In this document: positions 1 to 13,329 of the stretch, piece by piece
How the letters are laid out: the number at the start of each line of letters is the position of its first letter
Numbering within the stretch: the stretch's first letter is position 1
DNA from: Felis catus
Taxonomy: Eukaryota
NCBI RefSeq assembly: GCF_018350175.1
Contig: NC_058369.1
Coordinates: 22,198,001-22,262,000 of the forward strand
DNA length: 64,000 nucleotides
Reading direction: 5' to 3'
The notes under the pieces: generated by a model
Seen by the model: only the letters and a program-made list of their open reading frames with translations
Database searches by the model: none
Told to the model about the DNA's origin: nothing
Translations under genes and position numbers: made by a program

Positions 1-307
1 CCTCACGCAGTGCATTCCTGGAAGTCAAGAGAATACGCTGGTGTGAGGCCCAGAGTTCCTCCCCTAGGCTGAATTTCCTCCCGATGGGGAGGAGGGGTGC
101 CCTACGGGCTTTCTTTGCAGAACGGCAGATCAGGTCCTGGGAGCAAAGGGTCCCTGCCTTGGAGGTGCCTGACCTCTCACCCTCTCCCACCCTCCTCCCA
201 GGCTCCCAGAGGGCCTGCCTGGTGGTGGCGGCGATCTGCATCCAGCCAACTCCGGGGCACGTAGAGCCACCAACGTGCCCGTCTAAAGTGTTGTCTTCTC
301 CCCGCAG

Positions 308-395
308 CCAGCATGCCGACCAGCGAGACGGAGTCTGTGAACACGGAGAACGTAAGTGGTGGAGGCGAGAACCAAGGCGGCTGTGGGAGTCTCTG
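308..395 (+). CDS. CACNA1D: CACNA1D exon 10, I-II loop ([28 protein letters not shown])
   Basis: cccgcag acceptor, CTG|gtgagt donor, 88 nt, recognisable Cav1 [14 protein letters not shown] motif. Confidence 0.95.
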
Positions 396-674
396 GTGAG
401 TGTGGAGGCCGCTGGCCCTCCTGCCCCCTCCTGTCTTCTTGGAGGGACACGTGTGGGGGAAGGCACCCCAGATTTCAGTGGAGCCCCGGGGCCATAGCCT
501 CAGGTGCACGAGGGGTGGGCGGGCTCACCCTGGACCCCTTGGTCTCCCCTCCCATCCCAGGCCCCCAGGCCCCCGGCGTTTCACATGCCTCTTCCCCCAG
601 AGCAGCCCGTCCTGCTGAGGCAGAGCCTGCTGCGGGGCGTGCCAGGTAACCCGGCAATTCCACTGTTCCACTAG

Positions 675-734
675 GTGCTGGTGGAAGCGAAGAGGCACGG
701 CCAAGGCTGGGCCCTCTGGGTGTCGGCGGTGGGG
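675..734 (+). CDS. CACNA1D: CACNA1D cassette exon 11 ([21 protein letters not shown])
   Basis: cactag acceptor, GGG|gtaaca donor, 60 nt phase-preserving; matches the known 20-aa Cav1.3 I-II loop insert. Confidence 0.93.
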
Positions 735-1254
735 GTAACAGGCCTGATTCTCCTCCCTGTCTGCTGTTGGCATCCGTGCCTTGACGAAGCGCTTGTATGG
801 CAGAGCGGCTGACAGAATGCGCTGCATATTTAAGTTTTCCTTCACTGGCGGGTTCTCTGCGGCCTCGTACACGGGGCTGGACACTGAGAGCCCACTATCC
901 TTTGCTCACGGCACCTGTTTTTGGAGCCCTGCACCACCCTCTCCTAATAGTGGAGGGCGCCACCACATTCACCCCTGTTGGCTTCTGTCTAGATAACCTG
1001 ATCCCTGGTGGGGACCAGCAGTGTGCAATGTGCAGAGTTCTGCCTACTCTGGGGAGCCCATGCGATTTTATTTCATTTGCTTTCTGCTGGTACCCTTTAG
1101 GTCTTATCTCTGTAAAGTAGAGGCGGTGTTTTTAAGAAAATTTGATCTTCTTGCAGAGATTCGTAAAAATAATGTGTTTTGGGCAGAATGCTCAGCAATT
1201 TAAGAAGTGCGTTTGCTTCCGTTGTCTTGCTCCACCCTCTCTACAACATTGTAA

Positions 1255-1400
1255 AGTAGGCGGGGGGATGGGTTCGTTATCCTCATTTTACAGATGAGAA
1301 CACTGAGGCTCAAAAAGTTGTGCTGCTTGCCCGAGCCCATGCAGTTAGTGGATAGCAGAGCCAGGACTCCTCATCCAGTGCTTCTCTGGCTGTAGTAGCA
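1255..1400. mobile_element. MIR SINE fragment
   Basis: MIR core atcctcattttacagatgagaacactgaggctca; approximate bounds. Confidence 0.7.
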
Positions 1401-1746
1401 GCACAGTGTGGCTGAGTTGCAAGCAGGGGAGTGGGTGGGCTGACTTCAGTCTGGGGAAGTGGGGTCAGGGGAGAAGGACCTCCACTGGCATCAATGGCCT
1501 GTGACAGGGCTGCACAGGGCAGCCGGCTAAGAGTCTTCTGCCTGGGCCCCGGTGGGTGTCAGCCTGGCCTGCATGGCCCCGGCAGACCTCGCCTCCTGCT
1601 CTGCTCTCACCCCTGCTGGCTCACTGGGGAAGCTGGGGATGCTGAGCCCAGGCTTCTGTGCATGGCTTTTCCATCTCTTAGCTGAAGTGATGGGGAGAAA
1701 ATGCTCAAACCTTCCTAATCGAAATCGTATTCTTTCTTTCTTTCAG

Positions 1747-1773
1747 CCAAGCCATCTCAAAATCCAAGCTCAG
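1747..1773 (+). CDS. CACNA1D: CACNA1D exon 12, 27-nt exon (QAISKSKLS)
   Basis: long pyrimidine tract ending tttcag, CAG|gtcagt donor, frame links exons 10/11 and 13. Confidence 0.93.
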
Positions 1774-2089
1774 GTCAGTCTCTTCTGTTTTTTTCTTAAG
1801 CCTGTGTGCTGGTGTTTTACTTTCTAACTTCTCAACTATACATGGAGTTGCTCTAGACTTGGTTTTTACTCTGTGGGCTAGAACGTTCATATTGAAGATC
1901 GGTCTGTCCAGTAAGTATCAAACACCTGCCCTGGAGAGCAGCAGAGTAGGTGCTGAAGATCTTGCCCCAAGACAAACTGACAGGACGTAACAACAAACAA
2001 TTTCTTGTCACCAATCAACCCTTCATACTCCTGCCCAGAGTCGGTCCTTAAAGAGGGATTCTTCTTGTCTCTTTTCTGCTTACAAGTTT

Positions 2090-3335
2090 TTTATGGAGGG
2101 GGGTTCAAGAGGTCTTCTGAGGTGCTAGTGATGTTGTATTCCTTGCCCTGGATGCAGGTTACATGTTTTGTTGGTAATGACACATTGAACCATATACCTA
2201 TGATTTGTATACTTTTCCATATAAATGCTATTTTTCAATTAAAAACAACATTTTACTACAAAAGTTGACTTGAAGTGGACATATGAATGTAAAACCTAAA
2301 ACTGTAAACATTCTAAAAGAAAACACAGGAGAAAAATCTTTGTGACCCTGGGTCAGGCACAGGTTTCTTAGAGACGAAACCCAAAACACTGGCCATACGA
2401 GAAGATAAGCTCCAGACCGGAAGAAAAAACATTTGCAAAACATTTGATAAAGGACGAGTATCCAGTATATGAGAAGAATAATACATAAACATGGTGTGAA
2501 TAATTGGAAAACTATAAAAAAGAATTAGTATATTTTAACAGGTATGTCACCAAAGAGAGGTGGATGACAAAGAAGCACGTGACATGACCATTGGTCACAA
2601 GGAAAATGCAAATTAAAATCACGGTGAGACATCACTATACACCTATTAGAAAATTTTTTACACCTACAGATCAAGTTTTAAAATCTGACAATACCAAGTG
2701 CTGACAAGGATGCAGATCGGTGGGGATTCCCATATGTTCCTACAGGTTGAACGACACGGCCCTTTTGAAAACAAGTTGACAGCTGCTTGGAAAGTTAAAC
2801 ATCTATTTACTGTATGACCCAGCAATTCCACTTCCGAGGTATTTATATAAAATGAAGATCAATGCCTGCATGAAAAATGTTTACATAAGAGTTTGCAGCA
2901 ACTTTATATGTAATCGCTATAAACTGTAAATAACTCCAGCGTCCGTCAGATGGCGAACGGGTAGACAAATCGTAGTTCGCGCATATGACAGAATAACGCT
3001 CAGCAATAAGAAGGAAAAAACTGCCGATAGATACAACACAAACGAATCCGGAACGTATTTTTGCTACGTGAAAGAAGCAAGTCTCAAAAAGCTTTATATT
3101 GTGTGATTCTATTTATTGGACATTCTGGATGAGACAAAACAATAGGGACAAAAAACAGTTTTCAGGGGCTGAGGTGAGGAGGGTGGGTTAACTGTCACAA
3201 AGGGCCATGAGGGAAGTTCTTTGGGTGATGGAAATCTTCTACCTCTTGACTGTGGTGGTGGTTACAAACCCTCTTCCTAAATGTTAATAGTTACCACATA
3301 TCTATCGTATCTCAATAAACTGGACTTAAAAAAGA
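2090..3335 (+). mobile_element. Degenerate LINE-1 (L1M-type) 3' fragments: ORF2 end and 3' UTR
   Basis: A-rich, with L1 motifs such as aaatgcaaattaaaatcac..., tatgacccagcaattccactt and ttgactgtggtggtggttaca, ending in tctcaataaac/A-tail. Confidence 0.8.
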
Positions 3336-3349
3336 ACAATTAAAGGCCC

Positions 3350-3800
3350 CTCCCTGACTCCCTGTTGCCAGAGGGCGTATTCATTCCTTCATAATTTGGC
3401 CCCCAGCTCCCTCTCTGGCCTGATCCTCGGACACCGCCCCCTTATTCCCCACTCTGTGGCGGTAACTGGACTGCTCTCAGTTTTCAACATGCGGTTTCTT
3501 CCCACCTCAGTCCCCTTGGCCATGTGGTCGCCTGGGGTGGAGTGCCCTCCCGTCTGCCCCCTGGTGAACCCTTACTCTGTTATCCAGAGCCCGCCCAAAT
3601 CTCAGCTTTTCAGAGAAGCCTTTCCTGCCTCACGCAGAGAGCATTTGCTGCTCCTGTCTCCGCCTGTACTCGGGACCCTGAGAGAAGCGCTTAGTGGGGA
3701 TTTATAATTGTTATTTGCCCCAACCTTGCGTGCTTTTCAAGGTCAGAGGCTGCAGGATGAGCCACCTTCTTCACCTCCATATACCCAGTGTCTGGAGCCC
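3350..3800. mobile_element. Degenerate LINE-2 fragment
   Basis: L2-like phrases (ctccctgttgcc, cccacctcagtccccttggccatgtgg, cagagaagcctttcc); approximate. Confidence 0.45.
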
Positions 3801-5131
3801 CATGAGGGGCAAATTGAGAAATGCTGCAGGACTTCAGGGGATGGGAGAGTGAAGCCTCCAAGACCTCATGATGAGATGCTTGTGACTTGTCACTACAGCA
3901 TAAATAGAACCACCAACTCTGGTTCTTTTTCGGATCACCTTGCTTGTGTGTACTGAATTATGTATCTCAGGAGAAACCCAGCCTCAAGGGGACAGTCTTT
4001 AGTGGGATTTTTCTACACTGGTCATCATGTTTCCAGCCACTGTTACCATGGAAACCGCATAGCAGGAGCAAGAACAAAATGCACTTTGCTTGTGCCAGGC
4101 CTTGTTGAAGAGTCAGCGTGGTTCTTTCTTTGCTCGGTCCCTGGGTTACGGTGTTTTTAGCATAGCAACGCCGCTGAGTCAGCCAGCGCTGCAGCTTGGA
4201 CCCAGCCTGGAGATTCCTCTGACTCAGGCCCCCAGAGGAGGTGCCCACAGCCCCCGTCAGTGAACACAGCCTGCACAGGGCTGACATCGCCACTTGGCTG
4301 GCCTTTTTTCTGGGACCCACCTCACCAATCCATCCTGTGGCAGGGAATGTTTTCCATGGGGAGAAGAGGCTAAGGGAGGGGATCCTTTCCCTAACGACAC
4401 ACTAGAACTGAAAGTCAGTAGAGGACATGCTACTTGTCTGTCTGGCTCAGCTCATCTTATTTGTATGAAAACATGATTCAATATTGGCTCTTCTCCTAAA
4501 GGTATATTTTGAGCATCGCTAGTTAGCAAGGGCACCTGATGACTCAGGATGAAGACTCATGTCCTACTCAGCTTCGACAAGTCTGCCAGGCTCTGGAGGA
4601 ACCTCCCGGATTTAAGAAAGGACCTAAAGTTTCCCTAAAAGGAAAACTGGGTTTGGAGCACTTTGCTGCCTGAGAAATTCTGTACGATGGTTAAGATGCT
4701 GCAAGAGATGTGTATGATCAGCCAGACGGCTCTCTGCACCCATAGTGTGAACAGACCCGTGTACCATATGGTGGGAACTGCATATATGTGTGCGGGCTCG
4801 GTTTTGCATCTGCATATGAATCTATGAATATCTACATTCTTCTCACTAGTTTGAGGATTGCTTAGGGCAGATTACGGAGTTATCTAAAACCATAGGAAGG
4901 AAACTGATAGCGTGATCAGGTCAAGATACTATTTTAAAAGTTGTATTTTAAGACCAACACAATTAGTATGATGAGTTCTGTTAATTTCTGCGTCCTTTGT
5001 TCTCATCTTTCCTTCCTGCACCCCGTGACCTGGATCTCCAGAGTTAAAGACAGCTTATGTCCTTATAACATCTGTTGGACGTTCAGATGCTTTGTCTGCC
5101 ATTCAGGGAGTAACTTTTGCTTCTCTTGCAG

Positions 5132-5292
5132 CCGCCGCTGGCGCCGCTGGAACCGATTCAATCGCAGGAGATGTAGGGCTGCTGTGAAGTCTGTCACATT
5201 TTACTGGCTGGTTATTGTCCTGGTGTTTCTCAACACCTTAACCATTTCCTCCGAGCACTACAACCAGCCTGATTGGTTGACGCAGATTCAAG
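5132..5292 (+). CDS. CACNA1D: CACNA1D exon 13 ([20 protein letters not shown]... IIS1)
   Basis: ttgcag / AAG|gtacga, 161 nt, ORF 4941..5336. Confidence 0.97.
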
Positions 5293-5769
5293 GTACGAGC
5301 AGAGGCTGTTCTCTTTTTATTCTGACTCTGAATTAGGGACTCCTGAGGCTGTCCGCGTAGTCTTATCGATGTGCGACGTCGGGACATTCCTGGAGGGCAC
5401 TAGCTTGGAAGACAGTGGAACCATCCAAAGAGAGGCTGCACCCAGAGCGGTGGGGGCGTAGTCCTTGTCACGTGGTCAGCGAAGCACCTTGGGGCTGACT
5501 GACACCCGAGCCTCTCATTGTCTTAACCCTGTGGCAACCTAGGATCAAGGAATCTTGCAGTTGAGAGGGACCTCGTCTCCCTTCTCCCTGACCCTACCAG
5601 AAGCTTTATTTTCCTGTATGGTATTCTTGGCAAGTGGTTGTTGCCACTTGATAGACGACTGCTTCTTCTATAATTGGCACCTAAGCAAGGCCAGATTGCC
5701 CCTCCGTGACTGATGGAGACGAGAAATATAATATGCTGGTCTAAATGCAGAATCATAGGCTTTTAGGGC

Positions 5770-5910
5770 TAGAAAGCATCAGAGATTGTGTGGGAAACTG
5801 CTCCTCCCCATTTTATAGTCTGGGAAACTGAGCCCAGAGAAGTCAAGGGGCTGCTCCAGAGTCCCATGTCTAGGTGGTAGCAGAAGCAGGACTTGAACCC
5901 AGGAGACAGA
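5770..5910. mobile_element. MIR SINE fragment
   Basis: cccattttatag...gggaaactgagcccagagaagtcaag...ggacttgaacccagg. Confidence 0.65.
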
Positions 5911-6039
5911 CCGTAAATATTGACGCTACATTTCTGTAACAGGCGCCACAGCAAAGACAGGGCAAAGTGCTGGGGCATTTCCAGCAGAGACTGGTGGGGT
6001 GGGAGGAGGGAAAACGAGTCTGAGCCAGTCCCACGATGA

Positions 6040-6300
<261 letters not shown>

Positions 6301-6426
6301 TAAGGATGCGTGTATCTCGCTGCAGGTGTTTTCTGGCCGGGGGCTGGCGACCAGCCACATCCCGGTCCAGCGATGTCTGCGGTTCCTGCGGGCATTCTGG
6401 GCTCACACCCCCATCTTGACTTCTAG

Positions 6427-6634
6427 GCACTGGACTTCCCTGAGCAACTTGGTGGCCTCCTTGTTAAACTCCATGAAGTCCATTGCTTCGCTGTTGCTTC
6501 TGCTTTTTCTCTTCATCATCATCTTTTCCTTGCTTGGGATGCAGCTGTTTGGTGGCAAGTTTAATTTTGACGAAACGCAGACCAAGCGGAGCACCTTTGA
6601 CAATTTCCCTCAAGCCCTCCTGACGGTATTCCAG
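6427..6634 (+). CDS. CACNA1D: CACNA1D exon 15 (IIS4-S5 linker, IIS5, P-loop)
   Basis: ttctag / CAG|gtgagc, 208 nt, [29 protein letters not shown]. Confidence 0.97.
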
Positions 6635-7699
6635 GTGAGCCCTCGAGAGGAGCCCGTGTGAGCCGCCAGCTTGTCAGTCCACAACTCAGGAAGACGGGAT
6701 GATTCTGCCGTGGTTAGCGACCTCTGCCCCAGTAATGCTCTGACAAATCTGGCACCGTGAAAGCCATGTGTTTCGCACTTGACTCCGGCTGTCTGTGTAG
6801 TGTGATTCAGTGTTTTTTGTAGGACCACTGGATATGGTACAGGACAACAAACCAAAAACTTCTGTTTGATTTTGTGAGGTTTGCGAGGTTTCTGTGATGT
6901 AGGCTCTAAAACCCTCTTCCTGTTCTGCGCTAATTTTTGCCGGCAGGCCAGCTTTGGGACCCTGGCTCTAACGGATTTGTGCAGAGAGGTGAATTCTGAA
7001 GTCCTAATGCTCTGGTGTGCAGTCAGAGGAATCGGGGTGATAAAAGAGTTGTGACAGCCTTCAGCCCCTTTTGCTCTCCCGCCCGTGATGTAATGAGGAC
7101 ACGCAGGCCCTGAGCATGTCTGTGCCGTTGGGTCCTGGGCAGGCACCGCGGCTGAGAAGGAGGGACGGTGTGAGAGGTGCTCAGGTGGCTAGGCACTCAA
7201 AGCAGCAGTGTCTGCTCCCACCTGGCTTTAAGCTGGATGTTCTAAACCTCCCCCCTCCCGCCTCCGCATGTGGTGACCCGAAGCCCTTCCTCGAACAACG
7301 AGTGGCATATAAATTTAAAAGACCCCTCCGCCCCTGTTGCTTTCACACACGATGCCAGTGAGCTCCAGCTTTGGGGGAGTCCATCTGGGGAGGCCGGAAG
7401 GCATGGTGGGAGGGGCCTAGACACTGAGGCCGCCCTGCTGGCTCTTTCAGTGCTCGGCTCTGTGACCTTGGGAAGTCACTATCCGTTCTGAAAAAAACAA
7501 GAGACTAGAGGGAATGATCTGTAGGATTCATTCCCACTTGGTCATTTTGAGGTGGATGGAATTCTTGTCGCCATAGGCCATACTTTTTTTGAACTATACT
7601 TTAATTATTTGAATTATCCTTAATTCTTAGCCACTAGTTAGTTATTCTTTATTCTGTTTTTATTTCAGAGAAACAGAGAAACCCTATGGTGGTGGTGGG

Positions 7700-8540
7700 T
7701 TTTGGTAGTACCTGTGTACAGCACAAAATTCAAATGTTTACAAAAGGGTTTAAAGTAACAAATGAGTCTCCTTCCCACGCAGCTCGCAATTTCTCCTTGT
7801 AGGAGCAACCACCACTGGATGGTGTCTGTGTATTCTTTGAGATATATTTGCTCATAGATGTGAGTCAGTGAACCTAGCGACCCACCTACCTGCCCATGAA
7901 TACAGTATGATGTAAACAGTGGCTCATATTAACTGCCATTTTCCATTTTCTTACCATTTAAAGTGTCCCTAAGAACCTTTCTTATTGGTCCATAAGAGTT
8001 TGCCTCCTTTCCGATTCCACGTCAGTCCTGTGGTGTGGTGTTCCTGTCCCCTAATTCATGTAACCAATCCCTAGCTTGGTGACTATTTCAAGTCAACCAG
8101 TCCCTAGCTTGGTGACTGTCTGTGTCTGGCCTCGGCTCAGTGGGTGACGTCGAACTCACACCCTGGGCACATGTGTGAGCATAGATGTGGATAAATTTCC
8201 CAGAAATGGAATTGCTGGTTTGAAGGGTGTGAATCCATTTTCAACTCTGATATCTTGCCTACCGTGCTCCTCACAGTACTGTCGGTCTGTCCTCCAGGGA
8301 TGGGGGCTGGAGACTGCCCGACGCCTCACTACTTTTTAGCATGGTGGGTGTTCAAACTTTTTGATGGTTGTCTGACAGGTGAAAATAGTGTCTTCCTACT
8401 TCTCTTATCAGGAGTGAAACTGAATGCCTTTTCATGGGACACAGAGCCATTTATAGTTCCTTTTCTGGGAATTGCTTTATCTTTTGAAATCATTTGCCCA
8501 TGTTTCTGTTGGGTTGTCAGCCATGACAATTCTATTTTTT
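7700..8540 (-). mobile_element. Degenerate LINE-1 fragment, antisense
   Basis: ggataaatttcccagaaatggaattgctgg and tttgcccatgtttctgttgggttg are typical reverse-strand L1 ORF2/3' UTR motifs. Confidence 0.65.
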
Positions 8541-8621
8541 AAAGTATCTGGTGCAGCTAGATGATACAAGAGCACATGTGCTCCCTCCCTCTTTCTTTCT
8601 CTTGCTGGAAGATAGTATGTT

Positions 8622-8839
8622 TTTATTAATTTTTTAAATATTTATTTATTTTTGAAGGAGAGAGAGACAGAGAGTGAGCAGGGGAGGGGCAGAGAGAGAG
8701 GGAGACACAGAATCTGAAGCAGGCTCCAGGCTCTGAGCTGTCAGCCCAGAGCCTGATGCAGGGCTCAGGCTCATGAGCTGTGAGATCATGACCTGAGCCG
8801 AAGTCAGATGCTTAACTGCCAGAACCTCCCAGGCACCCC
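8622..8839 (-). mobile_element. CAN-SINE (carnivore tRNA-derived SINE)
   Basis: poly-T, (GA)n, gagacacagaatctgaagcaggctccaggctc; target-site duplication tggaagatagtatgtt at 8606-8621 and 8840-8855. Confidence 0.93.
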
Positions 8840-9039
8840 TGGAAGATAGTATGTTCTTAAAATGCTATTTAGGTTTATCCGATTCTACCTCGTGATAGAT
8901 CGAGTTATCAAATATCATCAGTAGAGAAGGTTAAATTGGAAATTTATGGCAGCTCTTAGTACCTACTCATGAGGTAGTTTGTAAACTTACGTGAGATATT
9001 TGCAGTTCACTGCTTCTTACAAGTTCAGGGATCCAACTC

Positions 9040-9420
9040 TCCATTTCCACAGTACGTTAACTACGTGGAATAGTAGGCAGCCGTTAAAAGGACTGAAGGG
9101 CACTGACTGACACAGAGGGTCTCCAGAGTATATTGCTGAATGAAAAAAAAAAAAAAGCAAATGCAGAAAATTCATACAGTATGACAGACACCCTTTATGT
9201 TTAATATATCTGAGAACACACCAACTACCTCTTTCCTCTGGACGTGTATCTATATGTTACATGCAAAAAGGTTCTAGAGAGAGATGCACCGTGTTCTCGG
9301 GGGGTGGGGGCAAAACTAGGGTGTCACCAAAGAGTACATAAGTCTTATATGTGGTGTTACTTTATTTCCATGTGAAGAATTAACGTATGTGTTTGTGTAA
9401 TTGAAAACAATGTTTTGAAA
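9040..9420 (+). mobile_element. Degenerate L1ME-like 3' UTR fragment
   Basis: gtggaatagtaggcagccgttaaaa...tatattgctgaatgaaaaaa motifs. Confidence 0.5.
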
Positions 9421-9571
9421 ACTCTACGGGGAAACCGATGGCTTTGCTGAGCGCAAACTGGACAGTGAAAGGCAGCTGAAACCAGAATCGGGTGGCCCCC
9501 AGGGAGCTCTGGCGGACCGTCGGGAGTTGCGGTCTAGCGCATGCAGGCTGACCACAGTTTGGTTCTCTTAG

Positions 9572-9760
<189 letters not shown>

Positions 9761-10448
9761 TGAGGCGGTCGTGGTGGCGGGTGGCGGGTGGCGGTGGCAG
9801 TTGGGCTGGGGAGATGCACGCCCTTACCTTGTTAGCTTGACACCTGCTCTCCTTCAGGGCTGCTGGGACAGTGTAATGGGGTCAGAGGTCCAGTGAGGCT
9901 TTGAGGACTGAGCAAGCTGGGGAAGGGAGCATGGGCCAGTGTGTGGCCTGTACCAGTTGTCACCCAGCTTGGTGACACAGCTTTGTACAGGTCCCAAGGG
10001 AAGGCTCAGGGCAGAGCCGGTTGTCCTCTGTGCCGTCACACCTGGGAAGTTAGGGGTAAATCTCTGTCTCTTAAAAACGCTTCCTAACCAGTGGGCACCC
10101 TCAGCAGTGGCTTGACCTAAGCTCCCCGGACCCAATCTGGCTTTGGTGATCTGTACCTCTCTGGGGATCAGGTGTCCATTGGCTAGTGGCTGTATTAGGC
10201 TGTGAGCTCTTTTCTAACTCCTTTTATTCCTTTTTCCTGCCAAGAGGCACTCTCTAATTCTAGACTTCTGAAGGTTTGGATCTCTCTTTCCCTCCATCAG
10301 AGCCTTTAGGACCCTGTAACTTTCGGCAGTGTCTTCTTTCTCTCTCTGACCTCCCTGACCAGCACAGACCTGGTGTATGGAGTCCTCAATAAGGGCTTGG
10401 TGGGAGAGTGGCTGTAACATGAATACCACCTCTTGGTCTTCACCTTTT

Positions 10449-10670
10449 TAAAAAAATTTTTTTTTAATGTTTATTTATTTTTGAGAGAGAGACAGAGACA
10501 GAGCATGAGTGGGAGGAGGGGCAGAGAGAGAGGAGACACAGAATCGGAAGCAGGCTCCAGGCTCTGAGCTTTCAGCACAGAGCGTGATGTGGGGCTTGAA
10601 CTCATGAATCATGAGATCATGACCTGAGCTGAAGTCAGATGCTTAACTGATGTAGCCACTCAGGCGCCCC
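10449..10670 (-). mobile_element. CAN-SINE
   Basis: full antisense SINE body; TSD ggtcttcacctttt at 10435 and 10671. Confidence 0.93.
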
Positions 10671-11033
10671 GGTCTTCACCTTTTTATTTTAAAGAATCCT
10701 AAAGGGATTCTTCTCGTAAGAAGTCCCAAGCTGTTTTCCCCGAAGTTTTCCCCTTAATCTCCTCTGGTTCATTAGTGAGTTTTCTTCCATGCAGTAGCCC
10801 TGTTGCAAACTTTTCAGGACAATACTTCTTGCTTCAAGTTATTCTATGGAAATCCCCACCTTCAGTACATAGAAGCCCGTAGAATCCTTCAGGCAGCTAG
10901 AACACCCCTCCTACCCAGAGGTGAGCTCTCCTGCCAGATGTTATCTTTGTTGCTCCTGCTGCACGTGGGTGCCAGCATCTACTGGTTTGGGGTGGGGACT
11001 TCTCCATCCCCTCAACTCAACAATGAACTTCTT

Positions 11034-11250
11034 TTTTAAACACATTTGTTTATTCATTTTGAGAGAGAGAATGAGAGCACAAGCGGAGGAGGGGCAGAGA
11101 GAGAGGGAGAGAGGGAGAATCCCTGTAGGCTCCGCCCTATTAACGCAGAGCCTGATGCAGGGTTGGATCTCATGATCTGAACTGTGAGATCAAGACCTGA
11201 GCCGGAATCAAGAGTTGGACGCTTAACCGACTGACCCACTCAGGCTCCCC
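11034..11250 (-). mobile_element. CAN-SINE (older subfamily)
   Basis: antisense SINE body; near-TSD caat(g/a)aacttctt on both flanks. Confidence 0.88.
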
Positions 11251-12599
11251 GGCAATAAACTTCTTGGTTCAGGCATCTTTTCTTCTTTGTATTCACATCT
11301 CTTGTGGCTTATAGTGGAGGGCCTTACACATAGTCAGCCCTTGGTAAATGCTTGTTAAATGAATCAGTGTTTTCTTATTGTGCTCTCCTTGCAATGAACT
11401 CTTGGGCCAGAGCAATATACCCGCTTTGGGTCTGCAGAGAAGTATTCCCTGGCCACACTCATTCCAGTTACATGCTGTGTTTTCTTTGTAATACCTGTAT
11501 CACTATCTGAAACGCCTAAGTAGTTTATGTTCTGTCTCCCCCAACTAGAATAGATGCTACGTGGCAGTAGGGACCCAGGTCTGTCATGCCCCCAGCACCC
11601 GGCACAGTCGTCAGTGTGAAAGAGGTGCTGGGTGGATCTTTTTGAATGAATTCCAGAGCATACCACTGTTTAGAAGGGTCTGGGTAATGCTTCTAAATAC
11701 AGATGATAGGTGTGAGCTCTTAGAAACCATCTGTTGCGAACTTGTAAAATTTTCCTATGGTTTATTACTCTGGATGTGCTTTCTGCTACCCAAAAGAGTT
11801 TGGTGTCACTGCAAGCTTTACAGTAATGTAAAGATACATTACTTCTTCATTGAGATCATTGCTAGGAATCCTCAACCCAGTTAGTCCTACACTGATCCCT
11901 GCCAGAGCCACAATTACCCCTCATCTGTCAGAGGAGTGCTCATGTTACCAAGCCGTCGCCCATTCCAGGACAGATTGCTTCCCCAGGCTCATTACATTCT
12001 GCTTAAAAAATAGTCTAACATATCAAACGCGTTTTTGAAAGTTTTAATGTAATTCATTCATGTATCTATCCTCTTTAAAGACTTGAATAGATTAGTGCAG
12101 CGTGATATCCCCAGAAGGTATCTCCTTGTCAGCCCCTTGCTAGGTTACTTTTGTGTTACGCACCTGAGATTGCAGATTGCATAGGCCCTGTGGGACATGG
12201 GTGCCCCTCTCCTGTCTCTGAGTTCCTGGGCTCCCACAGTCTTCTACCCAGATGACCATGCATCAGCCAGGGAGAAGCATGGTCAGAGAAGGAGCTGTCT
12301 TGGCTTATTTCCCTCTGATCCCTGTGCTTCTCAAAAAAGTATTGAACTGCTAGTGAATAAGAAATAGGCATCTTCTAGGAAATTTGGGAACCTTATTCAG
12401 AATTTTTTTTTCACTATCATCCAAGGAAGACACACATACAACATTAGAGTAAGAGCCCAAAACCTGATAATGCCTTCACTCACTTCACTTTTTAGTATTT
12501 TAAAAAATACAATTCACCCACAATAGTCAAAGATATAGCTACGGTGTGACTATTCAAAAGAATAGCCTGGCACCATCTGACAATACATCAGCGTTTGCG

Positions 12600-12637
12600 G
12601 AATGAATGAATGAATGAATGAATGAATGAATGAATGA
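12600..12637 (+). repeat. (GAAT)n tetranucleotide microsatellite
   Basis: about 9 perfect copies; typical of an L2 3' tail. Confidence 0.9.
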
Positions 12638-13179
12638 GGTATCTGCAAATTCTGAAGATCATCTCAAAAGAGAAAGACTCAAGACTGTATTGTGCAGTCA
12701 TCATCTTGTGGAATCATCATTTGATTCACATGTAGCCTTTAGAAGGGTCTATTTTGGAAAGCACGCCCTGGATATAGGTTATGGGTGTGTGTGTTTTAAA
12801 AGAAACAATATGCATAAAGCAAAATGCATAAAAATACCATGTTTATGTTATGGATTGTTTTATGCAGCATGTGTTATAGCTACAGATACCTGGTGTACAG
12901 AGACATACACATATGTGCCACATATGCACACGGATGAAAGGAAATGTTGAAATTTGTAGGTTTTCATGGGTTTTAGTGAACCTTAATTTTGCTTCTTTCC
13001 AGACTGTCTTCTACAAGTTTCTAGGTCTTGTTTTTGTTGTTTTTGTGTTTTAAACAGGGTCTGGTCCTCTGGTCTTACCATGTAAATACAGCAACTAGGG
13101 GACAGTCACCTGTTACCAACCTCCCAGAACACAGAGGGATGTGAGGTGGCCATTATCAGTGACACATAGCTGCCTTTAG

Positions 13180-13329
<150 letters not shown>

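Noticed and set aside
561..650. Possible extra exon upstream of exon 11 (acceptors at 560 or 600, donor CAG|GTAACC at 646)
   Set aside because: Both acceptors give an immediate or early in-frame TGA, and the donor is only 29 nt from the exon 11 acceptor; at most a decoy, with no further support
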